A program made the position numbers and the translations under genes. From the NCBI RefSeq assembly GCF_036365525.1, contig NC_090399.1, positions 42,440,430 to 42,504,429 of the forward strand: a stretch of 64,000 nucleotides of DNA. The letters are read 5' to 3'. Below are positions 50,401-64,000 of the stretch, one piece after another. The stretch comes from Heterodontus francisci (Eukaryota). The notes under the pieces were generated by a model. That model was not told where the DNA came from. It searched no databases and was given only the letters and a program-made list of their open reading frames with translations. Each line of letters begins with the position of its first letter. The first letter of the stretch is position 1.

Positions 50401-53400
50401 GGACATGAACCCCAAAACACCAACACCTCACAGAGAGACATCAGGACGTGAACCCCAAAACACCAACATCACACATCGAGACACATCAGGACATGAACCC
50501 CAAAACACCAACCCCACACAGAGAAACATCAGGACATGAACCCCAAAACACCAACCCCACACAGAGAAACATCAGGACATGAACCCCAAAACACCAACCC
50601 CACACAGAGAAACATCAGGACATGAACCCCAAAACACCAACCCCACACAGAGAAACATCAGGACATGAACCCCAAAACACCAACCCCACACAGAGAAACA
50701 TCAGGACATGAACCCCAAAACACCAACCCCACACAGAGAGACATCAGGACATGAACCCCAAAACACCAACCCCACACATCGAGACACATCAGGACATGAA
50801 TCCCAAAACGCCAACCCCACATATCGAGACACATCAGGACATGAACCCCAAAACACTAACCCCACACAGAGAGACACATCAGGACATGAACCCCAAAACA
50901 CCAACCCCACACAGAGACACATCAGGATATGAACCCCAAAACACCAACCCCACGCAGAGACACATCAGGGAATGAACCCCAAAACACCAACACGAGAGAG
51001 ACATCAGGACATGAACCCCAAAACACCAGCCCCACCAGAGAGACATCAGGATATGAACCCCAAAACACCAACCCCACGCAGAGTCATCAGGACATGAACC
51101 CCAAAACACCAACCCCACACAGAGACACATCAGTTCATGAACCCCAAAACACCAACCCCACGGAAAGACATCAGGACGTGAACCCCAAAACACCAACACA
51201 AGAGAGACATCAGGACATGAACCCCAAAACGCCAACCACACACAGAGAGACACATCAGGACATGAACACCAAAACACCAACAACACACAGAGAGACATCA
51301 GGATATGAACCCAAAACACCAACACTACAGAGATAAAGACATCAGGACATGAACCCCAAAACACCAACACAAGAGAAACATCAGGACATGAACCCCAAAA
51401 CACCAACCCCACACAGAGAGGCATCAGGACATGAACCCCAAAACACCAACACAAGAGAGACACATCAGGACTTGAACCCCAAAACACCAACACAAGAGAA
51501 ATATCAGGACATGAACCCAAAACACCAACCCCACACATCGAGACACATCAGGACATGAACCCCAAAACACCAACACAAGAGAGACATCAGGACATGAACC
51601 CCAAAACACCAACCCCACACAGAGACATCAGGACATGAAGCCCAAAACACCAACACAAGAGAGACATCAGGACATGAACCCCAAAACACCAACACAAGAG
51701 AGACATCAGGACAAGAACCCCAAAACACCAACACAAGAGAGACATCAGGACATGAACCCCAAAACACCAACCCCACACAGAGAGACTTCAGGACATGAAC
51801 CCCAAAACACCAACACAAGAGAGACATCAGGACATGAACCCCAAAACACCAACCCCACGCAGAGAGGCATCAGGACATGAACCCCAAAACACCAACACAA
51901 GAGAGACATCAGGACATGAACCCCAAAACACCAACCCCACACAGAGAGGCATCAGGACATGAACCCCAAAACACCAACACAAGAGAGACATCAGGACATG
52001 AACCCCAAAACACCAACCCCACACAGAGAGGCATCAGGACATGAACCCCAAAACACCAACACAAGAGAGACATCAGGACATGAACCCCAAAACACCAACA
52101 CAAGAGAGACATCAGGACATGAACCCCAAAACACCAACACAAGAGACACATCAGGACATGAATCCCAAAACGCCAACCCCACATATCGAGACACATCAGG
52201 ACATGAACCCCAAAACACTAACCCCACACAGAGAGACACATCAGGACATGAACCCCAAAACACCAACCCCACACAGAGAGACATCAGGATCTGAACCCCA
52301 AAACACCAACCCCACGCAGAGACACATCAGGGCATGAACCCCAAAACACCAACACGAGAGAGACATCAGGACATGAACCCCAAAACACCTACCCCACCAG
52401 AGAGACATCAGGATATGAACCCCAAAACACCAACCCCACAAAGAGAGACACATCAGGACATGAACCCCAAAACACCAACCCCACCAGAGAGACATCAGGA
52501 TATGAACCCCAAAACACCAACCCCACGCAGAGAGACATCAGGACGTGAACCCCAAAACACCAACATCACACATCGAGACACATCAGGACATGAACCCCAA
52601 AACACCAACCCCACCAGAGAGACATCAGGATATGAACCCCAAAACACCAACCCCACAAAGAGAGACACATCAGGACATGAACCCCAAAACACCAACCCCA
52701 CCAGAGAGACATCAGGATATGGACACCAAAACACCAACCCCACGCAGAGAGACATCAGGATATGAACCCCAAAACACCAACACCACTCGGAGACACATCA
52801 GGACATGAACCCCAAAACCCAACCCCACAGAAAGACATCTGGACATGAACCCCAAAACACCAACCCCACGCAGAGGCATCAGGACATGAACCCCAAAACA
52901 CCAACCCCACACAGAGACACATCAGCTCATGAACCCCAAAACACCAACCCCACGGAAAGACATCAGGACGTGAACCCCAAAACACCAACACAAGAGAGAC
53001 ATCAGGACATGAACCCCAAAACGCCAACCACACACAAAGAGACACATCAGGACATGAACCCCAAAACACCAACAACACACAGAGAGACATCAGGATATGA
53101 ACCCAAAACACCAACACTACAGAGAGAAAGACATCAGGACATGAACCCCAAAACACCAACACAAGAGAAACATCAGGACATGAACCCCAAAACACCAACC
53201 CCACACAGAGAGACATCAGGACATGAACCCGAAAACACCAACACCGCACAGAGACACATCAGGACTTGAACCCCAAAACACCAACACAAGAGAAACATCA
53301 GGACATGAACCCAAAACACCAACCCCACACATCAACACACATCAGGACATGAACCCCAAAACACCAACACAAGAGAGACATCAGGACATGAACCCCAAAA

Positions 53401-56400
53401 CACCAACCCCACACAGAGAGACATCAGGACATGAACCCCAAAACACCAACACAAGAGAGACATCAGGACATGAACCCCAAAACACCAACACAAGAGAGAC
53501 ATCAGGACATGAACCCCAAAACACCAACCCCACACAGAGACATCAGGACATGAACCCCAAAACACCAACACAAGAGAGACATCAGGACATGAACCCCAAA
53601 ACACCAACCCCACGCAGAGAGGCATCAGGACATGAACCCCAAAACACCAACACAAGAGAGACATCAGGACATGAACCCCAAAACACCAACCCCACACAGA
53701 GAGGCATCAGGACATGAACCCCAAAACACCAACACAAGAGAGACATCAGGACATGAACCCCAAAACACCAACCCCACACAGAGAGGCATCAGGACATGAA
53801 CCCCAAAACACCAACACAAGAGAGACATCAGGACATGAACCCCAAAACACCAACCCCACGCAGAGAGGCATCAGGACATGAACCCCAAAACACCAACCCC
53901 ACACATCGAGACACATCAGGACATGAATCCCAAAACGCCAACCCCACATATCGAGACACATCAGGACATGAACCCCAAAACACCAACCCCACGCAGAGAC
54001 ACATCAGGGCATGAACCCCAAAACACCAACACGAGAGAGACATCAGGACATGAACCCCAAAACACCAACCCCACCAGAGAGACATCAGGATATGAACCCC
54101 AAAACACCAACCCCACAAAGAGAGACACATCAGGACATGAACCCCAAAACACCAACCCCACCAGAGAGACATCAGGATATGAACCCCAAAACACCAACCC
54201 CACGCAGAGAGACATCAGGATATGAACCCCAAAACACCAACACCACTCGGAGACACATCAGGACATGAACCCCAAAACCCAAACCCACAGAAAGACATCT
54301 GGACATGAACCCCAAAACACCAACCCCACGCAGAGTCATCAGGACATGAACCCCAAAACACCAACCCCACACAGAGACACATCAGTTCATGAACCCCAAA
54401 ACACCAACCCCACGGAAAGACATCAGGACGTGAACCCCAAAACACCAACACAAGAGAGACATCAGGACATGAAACCCAAAACGCCAACCACACACAGAGA
54501 GACACATCAGGACATGAACCCCAAAACACCAACACCACACAGAGAGACATCAGGATATGAACCCAAAACACCAACACTACAGAGAGAAAGACATCAGGAC
54601 ATGAACCCCAAAACACCAACACAAGAGAGACATCAGGACATGAACCCCAAAACACCAACCCCACAGAGAGACACATCAGGACATGAACCCCAAAACACTA
54701 ACCCCACACAGAGAGACATCAGGACATGAACCCCAAAACACCAACCCCACACAGAGACACATGAGGACATGAACCCCAAAACACCAACCCCACACAGAGA
54801 GAGACATCAGGATATGAACCCCAACACACCAACATCGCACAGAGAGACATCAGGATATGAACCCCAAAACACCAACCCCACCCAGAGACACATCAGGACA
54901 TGAACCCCAAAACACCAACCCCACAGAAAAACATCAGGACGTGAACCCCAAATCACCAACACCACACAGAGAAACATCAGGACATGAACCCCAAAACACC
55001 AACCCCACAGAGAGAAAGACATCAGGACATGAACCCCAAAACACCAACCCCACAGAAAAACATCAGGACGGAACCCCAAAACACCAACCCCACAGAGAGA
55101 AAGACATCAGGACATGAACCCCAAAACACCAACACCACACATCGAGACACATCAGGACATGAACCCCAAAACACCAACCCCACAGAGAGACACATCAGGA
55201 CATGAACCCCAAAACACTAACCCCACACAGAGAGACATCAGGACATGAACCCCAAAACACCAACCCCACACAGAGACACACATCAGGACATGAAACCCAA
55301 AACACCAACCCCACGGAGAGAGACATCAGGACATGAACCCCAAAACACCAACCCCACACAGAGAGACATCAGGACATGAACCCCAAAACACCAACCCCAC
55401 ACAGAGAGACATCAGGACATGAACCCCAAAACACCAACCCCACACAGAGAGACATCAGGACATGAACCCCAAAACACTAACCCCACACAGAGAGACATCA
55501 GGACATGAACCCCAAAACACTAACCCCACACAGAGAGACATCAGGACATGAACCCCAAAACACCAACCCCACACAGAGAGACATCAGGACATCAACCCCA
55601 ATACACCAACCCCACACAGAGAGACATCAGGACATGAACCCCAAAACACTAACCCCACACAGAGACACACATCAGGACATGAAACCCAAAACACTAACCC
55701 CACACAGAGAGACACATCAGGACATGAACCCCAAAACACCAACCCCACAGAGAGACACATCAGGACATGAACCCCAAAACACCAACCCCACACAGAGAGA
55801 CACATCAGGACATGAACCCCAAAACACCAACCCCACACAGAGAGACATCAGGACATGAACCCCAAAACACCAAACCCACACAGAGAGACATCAGGACATG
55901 AACCCCAAAACACCAACCCCAGATAGACACATCAGGACATGAACCCCAAAACACCAACCCCACACAGAGACACATCAGGACATGAACCCCAAAACACCAA
56001 CCCCACAGAAAAACATCAGGACATGAACCCCAAAACACCAACCCCACAGAGAGACACATCAGGACATGAACCCCAAAACACCAACCCCAGATAGACACAT
56101 CAGGACATGAACCCCAAAACACCAACCCCACAGAAAAACATCAGGACATGAACCCCAAAACACCAACCCCACAAAGAGAGACACATCAGGACATGAACCC
56201 CAAAACACCAACCCCACCAGAGAGACATCAGGATATGAACCCCAAAACACCAACACCACTCGGAGACACATCAGGACATGAACCCCAAAACCCAACCCCA
56301 CAGAAAGACATCTGGACATGATGCCCAAAACACCAACCCCACACAGAGTCATCAGGACATGAACCCCAAAACACCAACCCCACACAGAGACACATTAGTT

Positions 56401-59400
56401 CATGAACCCCAAAACACCAACCCCACGGAGAGACATCAGTTCATGAACCCCAAAACACCAACCCCACGGAAAGACATCAGGACATGAACCCCAAAACACC
56501 AACACAAGAGAGACATCAGGACATGAACCCCAAAACACCAACCCCACACAGAGAGACATCAGGACATGAACCCCAAAACACCAAACCCACACAGAGAGAG
56601 ACATCAGGACATGAACCCCAAAACACAAACCCCACACAGAGAGAGACATCAGGACATGAACCCCAAAACACCAACCACACACAGAGAGAGACATCAGGAC
56701 ATGAACCCCAAAACACCAACACCACACAGAGAGACATCAGGACATGAACCCCAAAACACCAACTCCACACAGAGAGCCATCAGGACATGAACCCCAAAAC
56801 ACAAACCCCACACAGAGAGAGACATCAGGACATGAACCCCAAAACACCAACCCCACAGAAAGACATCAGGACGTGAACCCCAAAACACCAACACCTCACA
56901 GAGAAACATCAGGACGTGAACCCCAAAACACCAACCCCACACAGAGAAACATCAGGACATGAACCCCAAAACACCAACCCCACACAGAGACATCAGGACA
57001 TGAACCCCAAAACACCAACCCCACACAGAGAAACATCAGGACATGAACCCCAAAACACCAACACCTCACAGAGAGACATCAGGACGTGAACCCCAAAACA
57101 CCAACATCACACATCGAGACACATCAGGACATGAACCCCAAAACACCAACCCCACACAGAGAAACATCAGGACATGAACCCCAAAACACGAACCCCACAC
57201 AGAGAAACATCAGGACATGAACCCCAAAACACCAACCCCACACAGAGAAACATCAGGACATGAACCCCAAAACACCAACCCCACACAGAGAAACATCAGG
57301 ACATGAACCCCAAAACACCAACCCCACACAGAGAAACATCAGGACATGAACCCCAAAACACCAACCCCACACAGAGAGACATCAGGACATGAACCCCAAA
57401 ACACCAACCCCACACATCGAGACACATCAGGACATGAACCCCAAAACACTAACCCCACACAGAGAGACACATCAGGACATGAACCCCAAAACACCAACCC
57501 CACACAGAGACACATCAGGATATGAACCCCAAAACACCAACCCCACGCAGAGACACATCAGGGCATGAACCCCAAAACACCAACACGAGAGAGACATCAG
57601 GACATGAACCCCAAAACACCAACCCCACCAGAGAGACATCAGGATATGAACCCCAAAACACCAACCCCACAAAGAGAGACACATCAGGACATGAACCCCA
57701 AAACACCAACCCCACCAGAGAGACATCAGGATATGAACCCCAAAACACCAACCCCACGCAGAGAGACATCAGGATATGAACCCCAAAACACCAACACCAC
57801 TCGGAGACACATCAGGACATGAACCCCAAAACCCAAACCCACAGAAAGACATCTGGACATGAACCCCAAAACACCAACCCCACGCAGAGTCATCAGGACA
57901 TGAACCCCAAAACACCAACCCCACACAGAGACACATCAGTTCATGAACCCCAAAACACCAACCCCACGGAAAGACATCAGGACGTGAACCCCAAAACACC
58001 AACACAAGAGAGACATCAGGACATGAACCCCAAAACGCCAACCACACACAGAGAGACACATCAGGATATGAACCCAAAACACCAACACTACAGAGATAAA
58101 GACATCAGGACATGAACCCCAAAACACCAACACAAGAGAAACATCAGGACATAAACCACAAAACACCAACCCCACACAGAGAGGCATCAGGACATGAACC
58201 CCAAAACACCAACACAAGAGAGACACATCAGGACTTGAACCCCAAAACACCAACACAAGAGAAACATCAGGACATGAACCCAAAACACCAACCCCACACA
58301 TCGAGACACATCAGGACATGAACCCCAAAACACCAACACAAGAGAGACATCAGGACATGAACCCCAAAACACCAACCCCACACAGAGAGACATCAGGACA
58401 TGAACCCCAAAACACCAACACAAGAGAGACATCAGGACATGAACCCCAAAACACCAACACAAGAGAGACATCAGGACAAGAACCCCAAAACACCAACACA
58501 AGAGAGACATCAGGACATGAACCCCAAAACACCAACCCCACCAGAGAGACATCAGGATATGAACCCCAAAACACCAACCCCACGCAGAGAGACATCAGGA
58601 TATGAACCCCAAAACACCAACACCACTCGGAGACACATCAGGACATGAACCCCAAAACCCAAACCCACAGAAAGACATCTGGACATGAACCCCAAAACAC
58701 CAACCCCACGCAGAGTCATCAGGACATGAACCCCAAAACACCAACCCCACACAGAGACACATCAGTTCATGAACCCCAAAACACCAACCCCACGGAAAGA
58801 CATCAGGACGTGAACCCCAAAACACCAACACAAGAGAGACATCAGGACATGAACCCCAAAACGCCAACCACACACAGAGAGACACATCAGGATATGAACC
58901 CAAAACACCAACACTACAGAGATAAAGACATCAGGACATGAACCCCAAAACACCAACACAAGAGAAACATCAGGACATAAACCCCAAAACACCAACCCCA
59001 CACAGAGAGGCATCAGGACATGAACCCCAAAACACCAACACAAGAGAGACACATCAGGACTTGAACCCCAAAACACCAACACAAGAGAAACATCAGGACA
59101 TGAACCCAAAACACCAACCCCACACATCGAGACACATCAGGACATGAACCCCAAAACACCAACACAAGAGAGACATCAGGACATGAACCCCAAAACACCA
59201 ACCCCACACAGAGAGACATCAGGACATGAACCCCAAAACACCAACACAAGAGAGACATCAGGACATGAACCCCAAAACACCAACACAAGAGAGACATCAG
59301 GACAAGAACCCCAAAACACCAACACAAGAGAGACATCAGGACATGAACCCCAAAACACCAACCCCACACAGAGAGACATCAGGACATGAACCCCAAAACA

Positions 59401-62400
59401 CCAACACAAGAGAGACATCAGGACATGAACCCCAAAACACCAACCCCACGCAGAGAGGCATCAGGACATGAACCCCAAAACACCAACACAAGAGAGACAT
59501 CAGGACATGAACCCCAAAACACCAACCCCACACAGAGAGGCATCAGGACATGAACCCCAAAACACCAACACAAGAGAGACATCAGGACATGAACCCCAAA
59601 ACACCAACCCCACACAGAGAGGCATCAGGACATGAACCCCAAAACACCAACACAAGAGAGACATCAGGACATGAACCCCAAAACACCAACACAAGAGAGA
59701 CATCAGGACATGAACCCCAAAACACCAACACAAGAGACACATCAGGACATGAATCCCAAAACGCCAACCCCACATATCGAGACACATCAGGACATGAACC
59801 CCAAAACACTAACCCCACACAGAGAGACACATCAGGACATGAACCCCAAAACACCAACCCCACACAGAGAGACATCAGGATATGAACCCCAAAACACCAA
59901 CCCCACGCAGAGACACATCAGGGCATGAACCCCAAAACACCAACACGAGAGAGACATCAGGACATGAACCCCAAAACACCTACCCCACCAGAGAGACATC
60001 AGGATATGAACCCCAAAACACCAACCCCACAAAGAGAGACACATCAGGACATGAACCCCAAAACACCAACCCCACCAGAGAGACATCAGGATATGAACCC
60101 CAAAACACCAACCCCACGCAGAGAGACATCAGGACGTGAACCCCAAAACACCAACATCAAACATCGAGACACATCAGGACATGAACCCCAAAACACCAAC
60201 CCCACCAGAGAGACATCAGGATATGAACCCCAAAGCACCAACCCCACAAAGAGAGACACATCAGGACATGAACCCCAAAACACCAACCCCACCAGAGAGA
60301 CATCAGGATATGAACCCCAAAACACCAACCCCACCAGAGAGACATCAGGATATGAACCCCAAAACACCAACCCCACAAAGAGAGACACATCAGGACATGA
60401 ACCCCAAAACACCAACCCCACCAGAGAAACATCAGGACATGAACCCCAAAACACCAACCCCACACAGAGAGGCATCAGGACATGAACCCCAAAACACCAA
60501 CACAAGAGAGACATCAGGACATGAACCCGAAAACACCAACACTGCACAGAGACACATCAGGACTTGAACCCCAAAACACCAACACAAAAGAAACATCAGG
60601 ACATGAACCCAAAACACCAACCGCACACATCAAGACACATCAGGACATGAACCCCAAAACACCAACACAAGAGAGACATCAGGACATGAACCCCAAAACA
60701 CCAACCCCACACAGAGAGACATCAGGACATGAACCCCAAAACACCAACACAAGAGAGACATCAGGACATGAACCCCAAAACACCAACACAAGAGAGACAT
60801 CAGGACATGAACCCCAAAACACCAACACAAGAGAGACATCAGGACATGAACCCCAAAACACCAACCCCACACAGAGAGACATCAGGACATGAACCCCAAA
60901 ACACCAACACAAGAGAGACATCAGGACATGAACCCCAAAACACCAACCCCACGCAGAGAGGCATCAGGACATGAACCCCAAAACACCAACACAAGAGAGA
61001 CATCAGGACATGAACCCCAAAACAACAACCCCACACAGAGAGGCATCAGGACATGAACCCCAAAACACCAACACAAGAGAGACATCAGGACATGAACCCC
61101 AAAACACCAACCCCACACAGAGAGGCATCAGGACATGAACCCCAAAACACCAACACAAGAGAGACATCAGGACATGAACCCCAAAACACCAACACAAGAG
61201 AGACATCAGGACATGAACCCCAAAACACCAACCCCACACAGAGAAACATCAGGACATGAACCCCAAAACACCAACCCCACACAGAGAAACATCAGGACAT
61301 GAACCCCAAAACACCAACCCCACACAGAGAGACATCAGGACATGAACCCCAAAACACCAACCCCACACATCGAGACACATCAGGACATGAACCCCAAAAC
61401 ACTAACCCCACACAGAGAGACACATCAGGACATGAACCCCAAAACACCAACCCCACACAGAGACACATCAGGATATGAACCCCAAAACACCAACCCCACG
61501 CAGAGACACATCAGGGCATGAACCCCAAAACACCAACACGAGAGAGACATCAGGACATGAACCCCAAAACACCAACCCCACCAGAGAGACATCAGGATAT
61601 GAACCCCAAAACACCAACCCCACAAAGAGAGACACATCAGGACATGAACCCCAAAACACCAACCCCACCAGAGAGACATCAGGATATGAACCCCAAAACA
61701 CCAACCCCACGCAGAGAGACATCAGGATATGAACCCCAAAACACCAACACCACTCGGAGACACATCAGGACATGAACCCCAAAACCCAAACCCACAGAAA
61801 GACATCTGGACATGAACCCCAAAACACCAACCCCACGCAGAGTCATCAGGACATGAACCCCAAAACACCAACCCCACACAGAGACACATCAGTTCATGAA
61901 CCCCAAAACACCAACCCCACGGAAAGACATCAGGACGTGAACCCCAAAACACCAACACAAGAGAGACATCAGGACATGAACCCCAAAACGCCAACCACAC
62001 ACAGAGAGACACATCAGGATATGAACCCAAAACACCAACACTACAGAGATAAAGACATCAGGACATGAACCCCAAAACACCAACACAAGAGAAACATCAG
62101 GACATAAACCACAAAACACCAACCCCACACAGAGAGGCATCAGGACATGAACCCCAAAACACCAACACAAGAGAGACACATCAGGACTTGAACCCCAAAA
62201 CACCAACACAAGAGAAACATCAGGACATGAACCCAAAACACCAACCCCACACATCGAGACACATCAGGACATGAACCCCAAAACACCAACACAAGAGAGA
62301 CATCAGGACATGAACCCCAAAACACCAACCCCACACAGAGAGACATCAGGACATGAACCCCAAAACACCAACACAAGAGAGACATCAGGACATGAACCCC

Positions 62401-64000
62401 AAAACACCAACACAAGAGAGACATCAGGACAAGAACCCCAAAACACCAACACAAGAGAGACATCAGGACATGAACCCCAAAACACCAACCCCACCAGAGA
62501 GACATCAGGATATGAACCCCAAAACACCAACCCCACGCAGAGAGACATCAGGATATGAACCCCAAAACACCAACACCACTCGGAGACACATCAGGACATG
62601 AACCCCAAAACCCAAACCCACAGAAAGACATCTGGACATGAACCCCAAAACACCAACCCCACGCAGAGTCATCAGGACATGAACCCCAAAACACCAACCC
62701 CACACAGAGACACATCAGTTCATGAACCCCAAAACACCAACCCCACGGAAAGACATCAGGACGTGAACCCCAAAACACCAACACAAGAGAGACATCAGGA
62801 CATGAACCCCAAAACGCCAACCACACACAGAGAGACACATCAGGATATGAACCCAAAACACCAACACTACAGAGATAAAGACATCAGGACATGAACCCCA
62901 AAACACCAACACAAGAGAAACATCAGGACATAAACCCCAAAACACCAACCCCACACAGAGAGGCATCAGGACATGAACCCCAAAACACCAACACAAGAGA
63001 GACACATCAGGACTTGAACCCCAAAACACCAACACAAGAGAAACATCAGGACATGAACCCAAAACACCAACCCCACACATCGAGACACATCAGGACATGA
63101 ACCCCAAAACACCAACACAAGAGAGACATCAGGACATGAACCCCAAAACACCAACCCCACACAGAGAGACATCAGGACATGAACCCCAAAACACCAACAC
63201 AAGAGAGACATCAGGACATGAACCCCAAAACACCAACACAAGAGAGACATCAGGACAAGAACCCCAAAACACCAACACAAGAGAGACATCAGGACATGAA
63301 CCCCAAAACACCAACCCCACACAGAGAGACATCAGGACATGAACCCCAAAACACCAACACAAGAGAGACATCAGGACATGAACCCCAAAACACCAACCCC
63401 ACGCAGAGAGGCATCAGGACATGAACCCCAAAACACCAACACAAGAGAGACATCAGGACATGAACCCCAAAACACCAACCCCACACAGAGAGGCATCAGG
63501 ACATGAACCCCAAAACACCAACACAAGAGAGACATCAGGACATGAACCCCAAAACACCAACCCCACACAGAGAGGCATCAGGACATGAACCCCAAAACAC
63601 CAACACAAGAGAGACATCAGGACATGAACCCCAAAACACCAACACAAGAGAGACATCAGGACATGAACCCCAAAACACCAACACAAGAGACACATCAGGA
63701 CATGAATCCCAAAACGCCAACCCCACATATCGAGACACATCAGGACATGAACCCCAAAACACTAACCCCACACAGAGAGACACATCAGGACATGAACCCC
63801 AAAACACCAACCCCACACAGAGAGACATCAGGATATGAACCCCAAAACACCAACCCCACGCAGAGACACATCAGGGCATGAACCCCAAAACACCAACACG
63901 AGAGAGACATCAGGACATGAACCCCAAAACACCTACCCCACCAGAGAGACATCAGGATATGAACCCCAAAACACCAACCCCACAAAGAGAGACACATCAG
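20401..64000 (+). repeat. Giant 39-45-bp minisatellite array (about 1000 units, >43.6 kb) in MHC intron 1
   Basis: Consensus ACATCAGGACATGAACCCCAAAACACCAACCCCACACAGAGAG, uninterrupted to the window end; length variants of 39/41/43/45 bp; higher-order duplications are visible in the ORF track. Confidence 0.99.

Noticed and set aside
20401-64000. Hundreds of ORFs (MNPKTPTPH.., MWGWCFGVHVL..) resembling mucin-like or Cys/Trp-rich proteins
   Set aside because: They are translations of the 39-45 bp satellite in all frames, with constant frame switching and no splice or codon structure.
20401-64000. CRISPR-like look (constant ~30-bp core plus a variable segment)
   Set aside because: The variable parts are short related variants rather than unique spacers, the context is a eukaryotic intron, and there are no cas genes.
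20401-64000. MHC leader exon or promoter hidden inside the array
   Set aside because: No unique sequence interrupting the array was seen, so exon 1 is inferred to lie beyond the window.

Overview
Vertebrate genomic DNA, most likely a cartilaginous fish (shark-type V-SINE/CR1/Penelope repeats and a shark-like class I protein). The window holds most of one MHC class I heavy-chain gene on the minus strand: alpha1 20132-20392, alpha2 12509-12781, alpha3 11704-11967, TM 3203-3310, and cytoplasmic exons 2610-2642 and 2176-2223. All junctions are phase-1 GT-AG and the spliced frame is open. The leader exon and promoter were not found and are inferred to lie beyond 64000. Several invariant peptide-anchoring residues are replaced (Y59A, T143I, K146N), so the gene looks non-classical. 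The introns are greatly expanded. Intron 1 is a >43 kb, 39-45 bp minisatellite with kb-scale higher-order repeats, and its first unit appears to supply the branch point for exon 2. Intron 2 holds nested CR1/LTR insertions and a CCAAT/GC-box array. Intron 3 is a tandem amplification of the exon 3 splice donor. Intron 4 holds a near-full-length decayed antisense endogenous retrovirus (tRNA-Ser PBS, gamma-type env TM) and a solo LTR. The hundreds of ORFs between 20.4 and 64 kb are repeat artefacts.
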